A DNA stretch of 64,000 nt from Pyrodictiaceae archaeon (GTDB taxonomy: Archaea; Thermoproteota; Thermoprotei_A; Sulfolobales; Pyrodictiaceae), in NCBI GenBank assembly GCA_027036135.1, contig JALVSY010000007.1, forward strand, positions 260,880 to 324,879. Reading direction: 5' to 3'. Made by a program: the position numbers and the translations under genes. Shown piece by piece: positions 1 through 9,080 of this stretch (position 1 is its first letter; every line of letters starts with the position of its first letter). The notes under the pieces are model-generated. The model had not been told where the DNA came from. It saw only the letters and a program-made list of their open reading frames with translations, and ran no database searches.

Positions 1-493
1 GCTTAGGCTGGAGCTTCGGAGACTCCACAAAGAGCTAGGTGTGAGCGTTATACATGTGACGCATGACCAGGACGAGGCACTGAGCTTGGCAACGAGGCTA
101 GTAATCCTTTGGAGCGGCGAAATAGTTGAAGAGGGGGCACCGGAAGAGCTTTACCATAGGCCTCGGAGGACCCTTACCGCTAAGTTTCTTGGGCTTAATG
201 TTGTTGATGGAGCCGTTTTCGGCAAGCCTGGAACTAGGGCTGTCTTCTCCCCTGAGGCTGTAAGGATATCTCGGCAAGGAGGGCTCGAAGCAATCGTTGA
301 GGAAATAGTGCGCGAACGTGGAAGAGTTATTGTCTATGCAAAGCTATTGGGAACAAATGAGCCTATACGTATATATATTCATCCGCGAGAAGCTAGTAGT
401 ATTAAAGTCGGAAAAATATTCCTAGAGGTTAGTACAGAGGGCCTCCACTTCCTTCCAACCATATTGGCATCGTCCTTAACTGGTTCAGCATAA
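1..493 (+). CDS. ABC transporter ATP-binding subunit with TOBE-like C-terminus (5' truncated by window edge)
   Basis: Frame is open from position 2 (LRLELRRLHKELGVSVIHVTHDQDEA). The H-switch motif HVTHD is typical of MalK/CysA/ModC-type ATPases. Confidence 0.85.
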   Translation, partial: LRLELRRLHKELGVSVIHVTHDQDEALSLATRLVILWSGEIVEEGAPEELYHRPRRTLTAKFLGLNVVDGAVFGKPGTRAVFSPEAVRISRQGGLEAIVEEIVRERGRVIVYAKLLGTNEPIRIYIHPREASSIKVGKIFLEVSTEGLHFLPTILASSLTGSA

Positions 494-526
494 ATACTGA
501 ATCCCTTTGTCGATGCCAATAACTAG

Positions 527-1360
527 GTGGAGCCGGGATTGAGGAAGCAAGCATGGATAATTATCATCAGTGTAGTCGTTGTTTCAGCAATTATTATAAC
601 GTACCTCGCAGCAAGAAGCGCAAACCATAAGGAGGGTCAAGTACCGCTACTAGTTAACGGGTTCTGTTACGGATTTGGAGAACTCTTTAACTGTAAGGCT
701 GATATAGTACTAAATAAGCCGATAATCTTGAGCAGCATCGAATTACGGTTGGGTAGTCAAGAGACAAGTATCACGCTACCAGTGCCACTCATGTTCGAGA
801 AAAGCTTCTCGATAACGTATACGGTTACGCCAAGCAAAGCAACACTAACTATCCATAAAACAGCCCCGCCAAGCATAATCACGTTTGTAGTTAATCCGCT
901 ATACCCGAGCAAGGACATGTGTAAACTAAGCCTCATGAAGAAGCAGGACGCGAATCTTACCTCTGGCACTGCTTTCCCATACGAGGATCATCTAGAGCCG
1001 GGTGAGGACTATGCATATATAGCCCAAGTAGTTCTGGCGCCCTCGCATATTGACAGCGCAGAATCTCTCGTAAGTATTGATGTAAAGGCGTTCCTTCTCC
1101 AAGACACGCTTGCATGGGAGTTCTACGAGGCTCTGCCAGCATCTCTTCTCCCGAGATCAATACTTATTCCGCTAGGCGGCATTCCATCACGAGGCGCATA
1201 TTATACTAAGCTAATAATACTCTATAGCAAAATAGCGAAGGACGCGCCAAGCGCAATACCCATAGAGCTGCGCTTGTATAGAGCCAGTGTTGTCCACCTA
1301 GTGCTTAGGCTAAGGAGCGGCGAGACCCTTGACGCTGTTTTGCCCATTTATTGCCACTAG
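527..1360 (+). CDS. hypothetical membrane-anchored protein
   Basis: 277-aa ORF with an N-terminal hydrophobic helix (IIIISVVVVSAIIITYL); no recognised motif. Confidence 0.6.
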   Translation: MEPGLRKQAWIIIISVVVVSAIIITYLAARSANHKEGQVPLLVNGFCYGFGELFNCKADIVLNKPIILSSIELRLGSQETSITLPVPLMFEKSFSITYTVTPSKATLTIHKTAPPSIITFVVNPLYPSKDMCKLSLMKKQDANLTSGTAFPYEDHLEPGEDYAYIAQVVLAPSHIDSAESLVSIDVKAFLLQDTLAWEFYEALPASLLPRSILIPLGGIPSRGAYYTKLIILYSKIAKDAPSAIPIELRLYRASVVHLVLRLRSGETLDAVLPIYCH

Positions 1361-2113
1361 TTTATCAACCAGCTTTTCAAGCCTCTTACCAAGCCGTGGA
1401 CCGAGGTACTTATCGCCAACTAGGCAGGATACTAGGCCTAGAGCTATACCTGCAACTATGTCTACGAAGTAGTGGTTAAGCGTATACATAGTTGAAAAAG
1501 CCATAAGCGTGACCCAGGTAACTGGCACAATGGGTTCTTTTCTGAGCCTATAGTAATAGTATGCGAATATCGTGGCCATTGTGAGATGCATGCTAGGCAT
1601 AGCCGCGTAGGGGTTAGGGTCTATGCGTACACCGGTTATAAACTCCAATGCCTCTAGCAGGAAGTTTGGTGGACGTTGTACCCCAGGCAAAGCTATCCAG
1701 GGAGGAGCGCACGGCCACACAACGTACACAGTCACTGCAACAACGCTGGCCAAGAGAAAGGCTGCTAATAAGTCTTCGAAGAGCCTCTTGCTCCTTAGGA
1801 GGAGATAAACGGCAAAGAGGAAGAAGTAGAGAGGGTGAAGAGCATATACAACGCCAGCTATTGTGCCAAGTACTATGCTCCTATGCGAGGCTAACACGAG
1901 GGTCAATGGTGTACCAAATAGCTTCTTACTGATATCGAGAACGACACCATAGTACACAAGGCCACGAAAATGGATAACTATTGCACGGGCATACTCGTAG
2001 GCCTCATAGGCTATGAGGAACGGGAGGAAATAGAGAGTGTAGCGGGCAACTACGCGCAGAACCGTATTCTGAGTATAACCATTATCTTGTCGAACCTGCT
2101 CGCTCAAGTACAC
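1310..2113 (-). CDS. PAP2-superfamily membrane phosphatase/phosphotransferase (AUR1/IPC-synthase-like)
   Basis: Multi-TM protein with motifs WPCAPPW, AAMPSMH and NHYFVDIVAG. Confidence 0.8.
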   Translation of the reverse strand: MYLSEQVRQDNGYTQNTVLRVVARYTLYFLPFLIAYEAYEYARAIVIHFRGLVYYGVVLDISKKLFGTPLTLVLASHRSIVLGTIAGVVYALHPLYFFLFAVYLLLRSKRLFEDLLAAFLLASVVAVTVYVVWPCAPPWIALPGVQRPPNFLLEALEFITGVRIDPNPYAAMPSMHLTMATIFAYYYYRLRKEPIVPVTWVTLMAFSTMYTLNHYFVDIVAGIALGLVSCLVGDKYLGPRLGKRLEKLVDKLVAINGQNSVKGLAAP

Positions 2114-2258
2114 AAATCACCCTTTGCCGCGACATGGAAGCGGCTAAGCAATGAAGTATTTTATACCCATCTCCCCGGGTAAGCCGTCTAGAGGCCCGAG
2201 GCCACATCTATACCTTATCCCGCACAGCCACATATCATGCAGGAATGACTAGCAAGGA

Positions 2259-3317
2259 CTAGTTGTCTCCGAGATCCGATAAGTCCAGGTACCTCTGTAC
2301 CTTTCTCCATCGAGGACCTAGTAGTTTCCTAAGGAGCTCTAGGCTTAGTTCTCCCTGAGACCTAGCCTTCATGATCTTGTTTGCTGTTGTTGGGCCTATT
2401 CCTGGTACACGTACGAGCTCCCTACGACTAGCTGTTGTGGGGTCTACCGGGAACCATTCCGGATGCAATTGGGCAAGGTATTCCTTGAGCCGGGTGCGTA
2501 AGGGTGGCAGGAAGCCGTGCTCAGTGAGAGCGGGCTCTATGTCGCGTAGCGTGAAGGAGTAATCCCTTATGAGTACAAGGGCCTCATATAACTGATGCGC
2601 TCTCCACAATGGCGTTGCCCTTCTCTTCTCCGCTAACGGCGTGCCCGGTACCGGGGTATAGGGGCTGAAATGGATTATTCCTACGCCCCGCGCTACTAGT
2701 GTCTCTACTAGTCTCAGAACCTCCTCGTCGCTCTCACCGCTCGCTCCCAGGACTAGTTGCGTATCTACTCTCCTAGAATCCCTCGCTATTCTCGCAGCGT
2801 AGAGGAGCTTTGAGTATATATCTAGGCTCCAGCTTCCCTTACTTGGAGCTATTTCCTGGAAAGCTGAGGGCGATGGCGCCTCTAGGTTTATCCCGACGCG
2901 GGTAGCCAGCTCTAGGGCTCTCCTAATGAGGCCTGGGGGTGTGCCCGGCATGAGGCGTAGGTGTATGTAGCCCTTGTACCCGGCTCTCCGTAGCTGCTCA
3001 GCCACCTCTATGATATCGCTGCTTACTCTCTCCGGATCCCCGTAGAGGGCGCTGCTAAGGAAGAGCCCCCTTACCAGCCCCTCTCTGTAGGCTTGTAGGG
3101 AGACTCTTACTAGTCTATCAGGGCGCCAAGCTGTTCTTCTCACCTTGCAGAAGTAGGCAAAGGGGCAATAGCGACAATCCATTCTACATCCGCTGCTCAG
3201 CAGCGTCTTGAATATTGGGCCACCGGTGCTCCTATACACTGGGATCTCTATTCTCTCGAAACCCTCAGCGCCCTGTATCAGTATGCTTGGTTCGCGCCAC
3301 TTCCATTGCCAAGCCAT
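2259..3317 (-). CDS. radical SAM protein with C-terminal helix-hairpin-helix (putative DNA modification/repair radical SAM family)
   Basis: CRMDCRYC (CX3CX2C), GLFLSS, GYIHLRLMPG, INLEAP, and HhH motif LVRVPGIGPTTA. Confidence 0.85.
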   Translation of the reverse strand: MAWQWKWREPSILIQGAEGFERIEIPVYRSTGGPIFKTLLSSGCRMDCRYCPFAYFCKVRRTAWRPDRLVRVSLQAYREGLVRGLFLSSALYGDPERVSSDIIEVAEQLRRAGYKGYIHLRLMPGTPPGLIRRALELATRVGINLEAPSPSAFQEIAPSKGSWSLDIYSKLLYAARIARDSRRVDTQLVLGASGESDEEVLRLVETLVARGVGIIHFSPYTPVPGTPLAEKRRATPLWRAHQLYEALVLIRDYSFTLRDIEPALTEHGFLPPLRTRLKEYLAQLHPEWFPVDPTTASRRELVRVPGIGPTTANKIMKARSQGELSLELLRKLLGPRWRKVQRYLDLSDLGDN

Positions 3318-3365
3318 AGCTCTTGTAACCTATGTGTCTCCCGGAGAGAAAGAATGTAGAAGATA

Positions 3366-4025
3366 TTACCTTGTAAGTTCTTCTAGTACCGTCCCTATAG
3401 CTGCCTCTAGCCCTGTGAACGAGAACAAGGTGTACTTGACGCGTAGCTCGCGCGGCCACTTAGCAGCCTTGCTACGTGCCTCCTCCCATAGGGATAGGTG
3501 GCGGCGTGGGAGGAAGACTACTACGTCGCTTATCCACTTGCTTAGCCTCGTCATAGCGTCTGAGAGAAGGGTGGTCACCCTTTCTTTCAGCTCGGGGCTT
3601 GATAAGACGATGCTCGGGGGCACTTCGTAGCAGCAAGCAGGGTATTCTTCGGCTCTATCATAGGGCACCAATATCAGTAGATCGCTGAAATAGTACCACT
3701 CTATCCCTCTGGGAGCGTTATCCCTCCATAGACCCAGTCTTCGCAGAACCCCCCGGGTCTTACGGGATGTCGGGCTTCTCGTGTAGGGCTTCACGTTGCT
3801 ACACGGAGTCACTAGGGCTATCCCTGAGCGCGGCACGTGGCTTGTGAGTAGCCAGTTCCACCACTCCCTGACCACTGGGTGGCTGAATGCCTTCTCGCCC
3901 ACGAGGCCCGGGTCGAGGCCATTGTGGTGCCGTGGCACGAGTGTTCCGTCACCGTTCTTCCTTATGCTGAACCGGCTAGGCTTAAGCTCCTTACTAGCTG
4001 GTTTTGGCAGGATTTCTATGCTCAC
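3366..4025 (-). CDS. stand-alone DUF5591/ArcS-like domain protein
   Basis: PCSNVKPYTRSPT matches the PCSxxKPYxxS signature of archaeosine synthase (ArcS)-related domains; LVP...EEYPACCYEVPP is also typical. Confidence 0.7.
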   Translation of the reverse strand: MSIEILPKPASKELKPSRFSIRKNGDGTLVPRHHNGLDPGLVGEKAFSHPVVREWWNWLLTSHVPRSGIALVTPCSNVKPYTRSPTSRKTRGVLRRLGLWRDNAPRGIEWYYFSDLLILVPYDRAEEYPACCYEVPPSIVLSSPELKERVTTLLSDAMTRLSKWISDVVVFLPRRHLSLWEEARSKAAKWPRELRVKYTLFSFTGLEAAIGTVLEELTR

Positions 4026-4169
4026 TGCTTCTCCGCCCAGCGAGCGGTATTACCAGATAAGGTCTCGCCTAATAAAAGGATTGAGGCTCCAAGGGGACTC
4101 ATGCATAAGTGTAGGAAGAAGCGGGAGAATGATGCTAAAGCGATATCAGAGAATAGAGAAAAACAATAC

Positions 4170-4760
4170 TCAGTAAGTACCTATACTGAACACAGTCTCC
4201 TCGGGGGCTAGCGCTGAGCGCTGCTCGTTCAACGAGAGGAACCCAAAGCTCGCCAACACGGCGCCGAGCAGTGCCAATGCCTTGGCTATGGCTTCTGTCC
4301 CGCCGATCTTCTGTATAACGTTGTGAGCTGCAGCGTTTGCCCAGGAGACTCCTCCCCAGTCGATCACTGTCCCTGAGGCCGTGTTAGCAGCACTATTTAT
4401 GCTACCAGCACCAGCTACAGCGAGTAGCCAGGAGACAGCCAGCAGCATCGCCGCGGCCTTGAGGGCCGTGTTGTTTGCCTCTGAGCCTAGCATCCAGATA
4501 GCGACAACGCCTAGCGCGAAGTAGAGCAGGAGAAGTATTCCACCAGCACCCTGTAGACCAGAGAGGCTGGCGACATAGGTGCCGCTCAGTATTCCTGCTA
4601 CTCCTAGGAGGCCTATCAAGCCAATCATGCTTAGATGACCCTTACCTGTCTCAGAGCCATAGGAGAGCCAGCCAGCTGCTGTTATTACTGCTGAGCCAGG
4701 GCCCGCGAAGGGGGCTGATAAGTAGCCTATGCTTAGGAGTAGTTTACCATATCTCTGCAA
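4170..4760 (-). CDS. hypothetical multi-pass membrane protein
   Basis: 196 aa with about five Gly/Ala/Leu-rich hydrophobic segments. Confidence 0.65.
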   Translation of the reverse strand: MQRYGKLLLSIGYLSAPFAGPGSAVITAAGWLSYGSETGKGHLSMIGLIGLLGVAGILSGTYVASLSGLQGAGGILLLLYFALGVVAIWMLGSEANNTALKAAAMLLAVSWLLAVAGAGSINSAANTASGTVIDWGGVSWANAAAHNVIQKIGGTEAIAKALALLGAVLASFGFLSLNEQRSALAPEETVFSIGTY

Positions 4761-4937
4761 ACCACGCTCCCCAGAGCCTATGTATAGCTGTTCATGATGA
4801 GCCTAGTGGCTTAGGAGGCAGTAACACCGTAGGCCGTAGAACCTAGGCCATCGGAGGGAAAAGGAACGATGCAGAAGAAAAAGGAGACCGAGCCCTTACT
4901 AGGGAAAAGAGACTATAGCATCCTAGACCTCGGTCTA

Positions 4938-6080
4938 TCAACCCGTCTGCCTTGCACGTGCTGCATGCAGCCAGCAGGCAACGTAGTGACCTGGCTCAGC
5001 CTCAACAAGTGGCGGCTCCTCGTTATCACACTTATCCCTTATAGCTGGTGTCTGGTCATAGGCTACGCAGCGTGGACGGAACCTGCACCCCTTGGGTAGG
5101 AATACTGCGCTCGTTACCTCGCCTTTTATTGGCACATTTCTTATCCTTAGCCTATTCCTTGGATCAGGCTCGGGCACCGCTGCCATGAGTGCGCGGGTGT
5201 AGGGGTGCAGGGGCTTAGCTATCACCGTGTCTGTTGGCCCCATCTCAACTATTCTGCCGAGATACATTACTGCTATACGGTCGCAGACGTGGCGCGCGAG
5301 CGCTAGGTCGTGTGTAATGAATAGCTGGGCTAGGCCATGCTTCTCCTTTAGCTCGAAGAGGATCTCAAGTATCTCCGCGCGTATAGAGACATCAAGCATC
5401 GAGACAGGCTCATCCGCTACAAGAAACCGGGGGTTCAGCAGCAGAGCCCTAGCTATCACAACTCTTTGTCTCTGGCCACCGCTAAGCTGGTGGGGATAGC
5501 GGTCAACGAACTCCTCGGGAGGCGTGAGCTTTACCGTCTCGAGTGCCCTTGCTATGATCTCTGCGCGCTCCTCCGGGGTAGACCCAATCCCGTGGATGAT
5601 TAGTGGCTCCTCAAGTATGTCCCCTATCTTCATTCTCGGGTTAAGGCTGCCGAAGGGGTCCTGGAAGACTATCTGGAGCTCGCGGCGCAGAGGCTTCATA
5701 GCCTTATCCGGCACCTTGTATAGATCAACCACTCCCTCCTCAACAACAGCACGTGGCGCTAGCCGCGATACCTCCTCAAAGGCCTCCTTGCTCGGCCGGA
5801 AGTAGACATGGCCACCGTATATGTTATCCCTCTCCACTAAGCGTAATAGCGCTCTACCAGTAGTTGTCTTGCCACAGCCGCTCTCACCCACTAGGCAGAA
5901 AATCTCAGCCTCATGAACCTCGAAGCTAACACCATCAACTGCATGGACATAAAGCTGGGGCTTGCCTCGAAGAGCGTCAATAAAGCTCCTCCTAACAGGA
6001 AACCAAACCCTTAGCTCATCTGCACGTATGACGCCATTACTGCTCAGTACATGATTTTCCTTGCTCATTTCTAGGCTCAC
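4938..6080 (-). CDS. oligopeptide/dipeptide ABC transporter ATP-binding protein (OppF/DppF type)
   Basis: Walker A GESGCGKT, LSGGQRQR, ADEPVSMLD, HPYT and the C-terminal GCRF...C...VACW motif. Confidence 0.93.
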   Translation of the reverse strand: MSLEMSKENHVLSSNGVIRADELRVWFPVRRSFIDALRGKPQLYVHAVDGVSFEVHEAEIFCLVGESGCGKTTTGRALLRLVERDNIYGGHVYFRPSKEAFEEVSRLAPRAVVEEGVVDLYKVPDKAMKPLRRELQIVFQDPFGSLNPRMKIGDILEEPLIIHGIGSTPEERAEIIARALETVKLTPPEEFVDRYPHQLSGGQRQRVVIARALLLNPRFLVADEPVSMLDVSIRAEILEILFELKEKHGLAQLFITHDLALARHVCDRIAVMYLGRIVEMGPTDTVIAKPLHPYTRALMAAVPEPDPRNRLRIRNVPIKGEVTSAVFLPKGCRFRPRCVAYDQTPAIRDKCDNEEPPLVEAEPGHYVACWLHAARARQTG

Positions 6081-7606
6081 CTCCTGCGAAGCCTGGGCTC
6101 AACCACTGTCTCGAGGGCTAGGCCTAGGAACACGAATGCGACCGAGGTTATGCCTATTAGTAGGCCTGGCGGCAGGATCCACCACCAAATAGCATAGCTG
6201 CCACCACTTCTGACATAAGCCTCGGCATCACTCAGTATGGCACCCCATGTGGGTAAACCGCTTCTTATACCCAGTATGTCTAGGCCAGCTTCTGTCAGTA
6301 TTGCCGCTGGCACCGAGAACACCAGGTTGGCGAACACGTATGGCAATATCTGAGGCACTATGTGGCGGAACATTATCCTCCTATCACTGGCACCGATAGC
6401 ACGGGCAGCTTCTACGTATGGCTCTGACTTAATGCTCAAAACCATCGATCTAACAATAATCGTTAACCCTCCCCATGAGACCAAAACAAGGACACCGATA
6501 ATTATGAACAGTCTTGCCCATGGACTAATATTCCATTCCTGGACGATGACACCGACAAGCACCAGTATAGGCAGTAGCGGGATATTGCCAAGAACATCTA
6601 CTGTACGCTGAATGAGTTCATCAACCCAGCCGCCGTAGTACCCGCTTATAACACCCATTACCATACCTATTAGCGCCGCTGTTACCGCGCCAAAGAACCC
6701 TATTGCAAGTGCTGCAGGGAAGCCGAAGAGCAAGCCGAGCCACAGATCATGGCCAACATCATCGGTGCCCATGAGGCCGTACGCAGAGCCCTTTACAACC
6801 ATCTTGACTCTCCATATGCCGGATTTATGGCTAATTACTGCTTTCTGCATAGCAGCTGGATCAACACCGCTATAAACCAGTATTAGGTCTATCTTATATG
6901 TTCCCAGCAATGGTTCTATTTTAGAGCCCACCAGCTTACCGAACAGAAGCTTAACAGGCTCTGATTGCGCAACAGTGAGGCTAATATTAAATCTTGGCGC
7001 AAGATAAGCCGCCACTTGATTTGGATTAAGGCTTATAACACCCGCTGCCAGGAGATCCTTAAGTGTCATCGGTGTTGGTATATTAATGATAAGTTTTATG
7101 CCGTCAGGCCTCTCTACAACAATATATGGTATCACAATAGGCTGCGCACCACCCACAAGGGCTGCCTTGCCCCCGATAATTCCAGCTAGTATTCCTTGCG
7201 GAAAAGCAGGATGCCTAAGATTATATCGAAGCGTATAAACTTGATAGAATCCCACCACCGGGACTATACCATCAACCATTTTTCCATTGGTCACTCCTTG
7301 CATCATAGGTCCTAGAGTTTTCTCAACTTGCGGCGCTACCGGCTCTCCAAGGTCAGCTATCCAAGCTGGTGGTGCAACAGTTGGGTTAAATTGCCAATTC
7401 TTTGGGTTATTCCAGAGAGAGACGATATTAGGAGGCATAGTTATCAAAGCGTATATTGATATAGCAATAAGCACCACTATTAAGATAAGCCCTGTTTTAC
7501 CCATAAGGCTCCTCCAGACCTCGCTAAGAATTTCACGAGCTTCTTTGAACCTCTCGGATCTAGCTTTAGCCATTTTCTTTCTTACTTCCTCAGCTCTCGT
7601 ACTCAT
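6077..7606 (-). CDS. oligopeptide ABC transporter permease (OppC/DppC type) with large extracellular insert
   Basis: GLMGTDDVGHD, EAA loop YVEAARAIGAS, WWWILPPG; 4-bp overlap with the ATPase gene. Confidence 0.9.
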   Translation of the reverse strand: MSTRAEEVRKKMAKARSERFKEAREILSEVWRSLMGKTGLILIVVLIAISIYALITMPPNIVSLWNNPKNWQFNPTVAPPAWIADLGEPVAPQVEKTLGPMMQGVTNGKMVDGIVPVVGFYQVYTLRYNLRHPAFPQGILAGIIGGKAALVGGAQPIVIPYIVVERPDGIKLIINIPTPMTLKDLLAAGVISLNPNQVAAYLAPRFNISLTVAQSEPVKLLFGKLVGSKIEPLLGTYKIDLILVYSGVDPAAMQKAVISHKSGIWRVKMVVKGSAYGLMGTDDVGHDLWLGLLFGFPAALAIGFFGAVTAALIGMVMGVISGYYGGWVDELIQRTVDVLGNIPLLPILVLVGVIVQEWNISPWARLFIIIGVLVLVSWGGLTIIVRSMVLSIKSEPYVEAARAIGASDRRIMFRHIVPQILPYVFANLVFSVPAAILTEAGLDILGIRSGLPTWGAILSDAEAYVRSGGSYAIWWWILPPGLLIGITSVAFVFLGLALETVVEPRLRRR

Positions 7607-7672
7607 GTTATATCACCTCGGGAGAGCTACTAGTAACCGAGAGTTTGAAAAAGCAAAGAAAACTGCACAGCA

Positions 7673-8752
7673 TTAGTATCTTACCCTCGGATCCACTAGT
7701 ATATATATAACTTCTAGCAGAAATCTTGCCAAGATATATACAAGTGTTGTTATGTAGACTAGGCCTAGTAGTGTTGGTGCATCACCACTCACTATAGCTG
7801 CATAATAGAGCGAACCCATACCCGGCCAATTAAATACCGATTCCGTTATTATAATCCCGCCAATGGACCCCGCTAGCGCCAGTATAACTATCGTCAGCAC
7901 AGGGCCAAGAATAACTCTTAGTATATAGCGTTTTACAACAAGATCTTCTGGGACACCCTTGGCCTTAGCCACATAAACATAGTCCTCGTTTACAACACGT
8001 ATAGCTATGGCACGTATACCGTAGAGCCAACCACCTAAAATACCTATAACAATTACAGTTACCGGAAGCCAAGAAACCTCTATAATACCCTTAATAGCTG
8101 CTAATGGATTACTAGTAAACTCGTTAATATACTTAATAATTATGTGATAATTTGTCGGAGCAATATGAAGCTCGTAACCAAAGACAAACAAAGCTATAAT
8201 AGCAAGCCACCAGAGGGGGAGTGCATTAGTAAATGCTGCGTAGGCGATAACCGCTTTATCAAGCAAGCTTCCGCGCTTATAAGCTATCAGAGGTGCAAGC
8301 TTTAGTGCTATAGCTGCACAGATAAGCTCCGCTACGGTAAGCATGACAAGTGTCCTAGGTAAAACAGTAAGAATAGCATCCTTTACCGTAAGAGGGAGTT
8401 GCTGACCAACAACATTAGCTACTGCTTGGCTCCTCACATATCCTAAGTCAAGCTTCAATGCACGCCAAGCCATTGGTAGTACACGCTCTTCCCAAGGCTT
8501 ATTAAGCCCATATAGCCGGATAAGCTCCTGCTTCCTCTGCTCAACAAGCTTCTGTATTTCAATAGCTGGTATATTTTGGCGTTGCAGCGACTGCCTATAG
8601 GCTTGCAGCTCTGATCCGATAATAGCACGCAGAACTTGTACATCATATCCCGAAGCTCCGATTATGACAGCCGTTAGTATCATTATTAGTACTAGCGCTA
8701 TGGTTAAAAACAGGGCACGCCTAGCAAGTATTGATGCCGTACGTCCCACCAT
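7673..8752 (-). CDS. oligopeptide ABC transporter permease (OppB/DppB type)
   Basis: AKAKGVPE, ITESVFNWPGMG and C-terminal DPRVRY. Confidence 0.92.
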   Translation of the reverse strand: MVGRTASILARRALFLTIALVLIMILTAVIIGASGYDVQVLRAIIGSELQAYRQSLQRQNIPAIEIQKLVEQRKQELIRLYGLNKPWEERVLPMAWRALKLDLGYVRSQAVANVVGQQLPLTVKDAILTVLPRTLVMLTVAELICAAIALKLAPLIAYKRGSLLDKAVIAYAAFTNALPLWWLAIIALFVFGYELHIAPTNYHIIIKYINEFTSNPLAAIKGIIEVSWLPVTVIVIGILGGWLYGIRAIAIRVVNEDYVYVAKAKGVPEDLVVKRYILRVILGPVLTIVILALAGSIGGIIITESVFNWPGMGSLYYAAIVSGDAPTLLGLVYITTLVYILARFLLEVIYILVDPRVRY

Positions 8753-9080
8753 AACCTAATCCCTCGCATGCTAGTGATTTGGGCTTAGGGGAATGATTCT
8801 TCTCTCTCACAAAACTTCCTTCTCAATATAAATGCTCATGATGTTGCGGATGCTATCTTAAGGGATTAGTCCAAGTTGATAGACAGAGAGGGGGTACAAA
8901 AAGCCTGGCGGAAAAGCATTTAATAAGTAATCATATACGTGTACTAGTGAAGTAGTTAAGGATTTGATGTTTATATAAATTAAACAAAAAGAATAATTAT
9001 TTAAAAAATAGCATAGAAAAATACAATATATTTTCCCGCAAAAACATGAGGGGAATCTTTTATTGTGCTCTTTGCTAATA

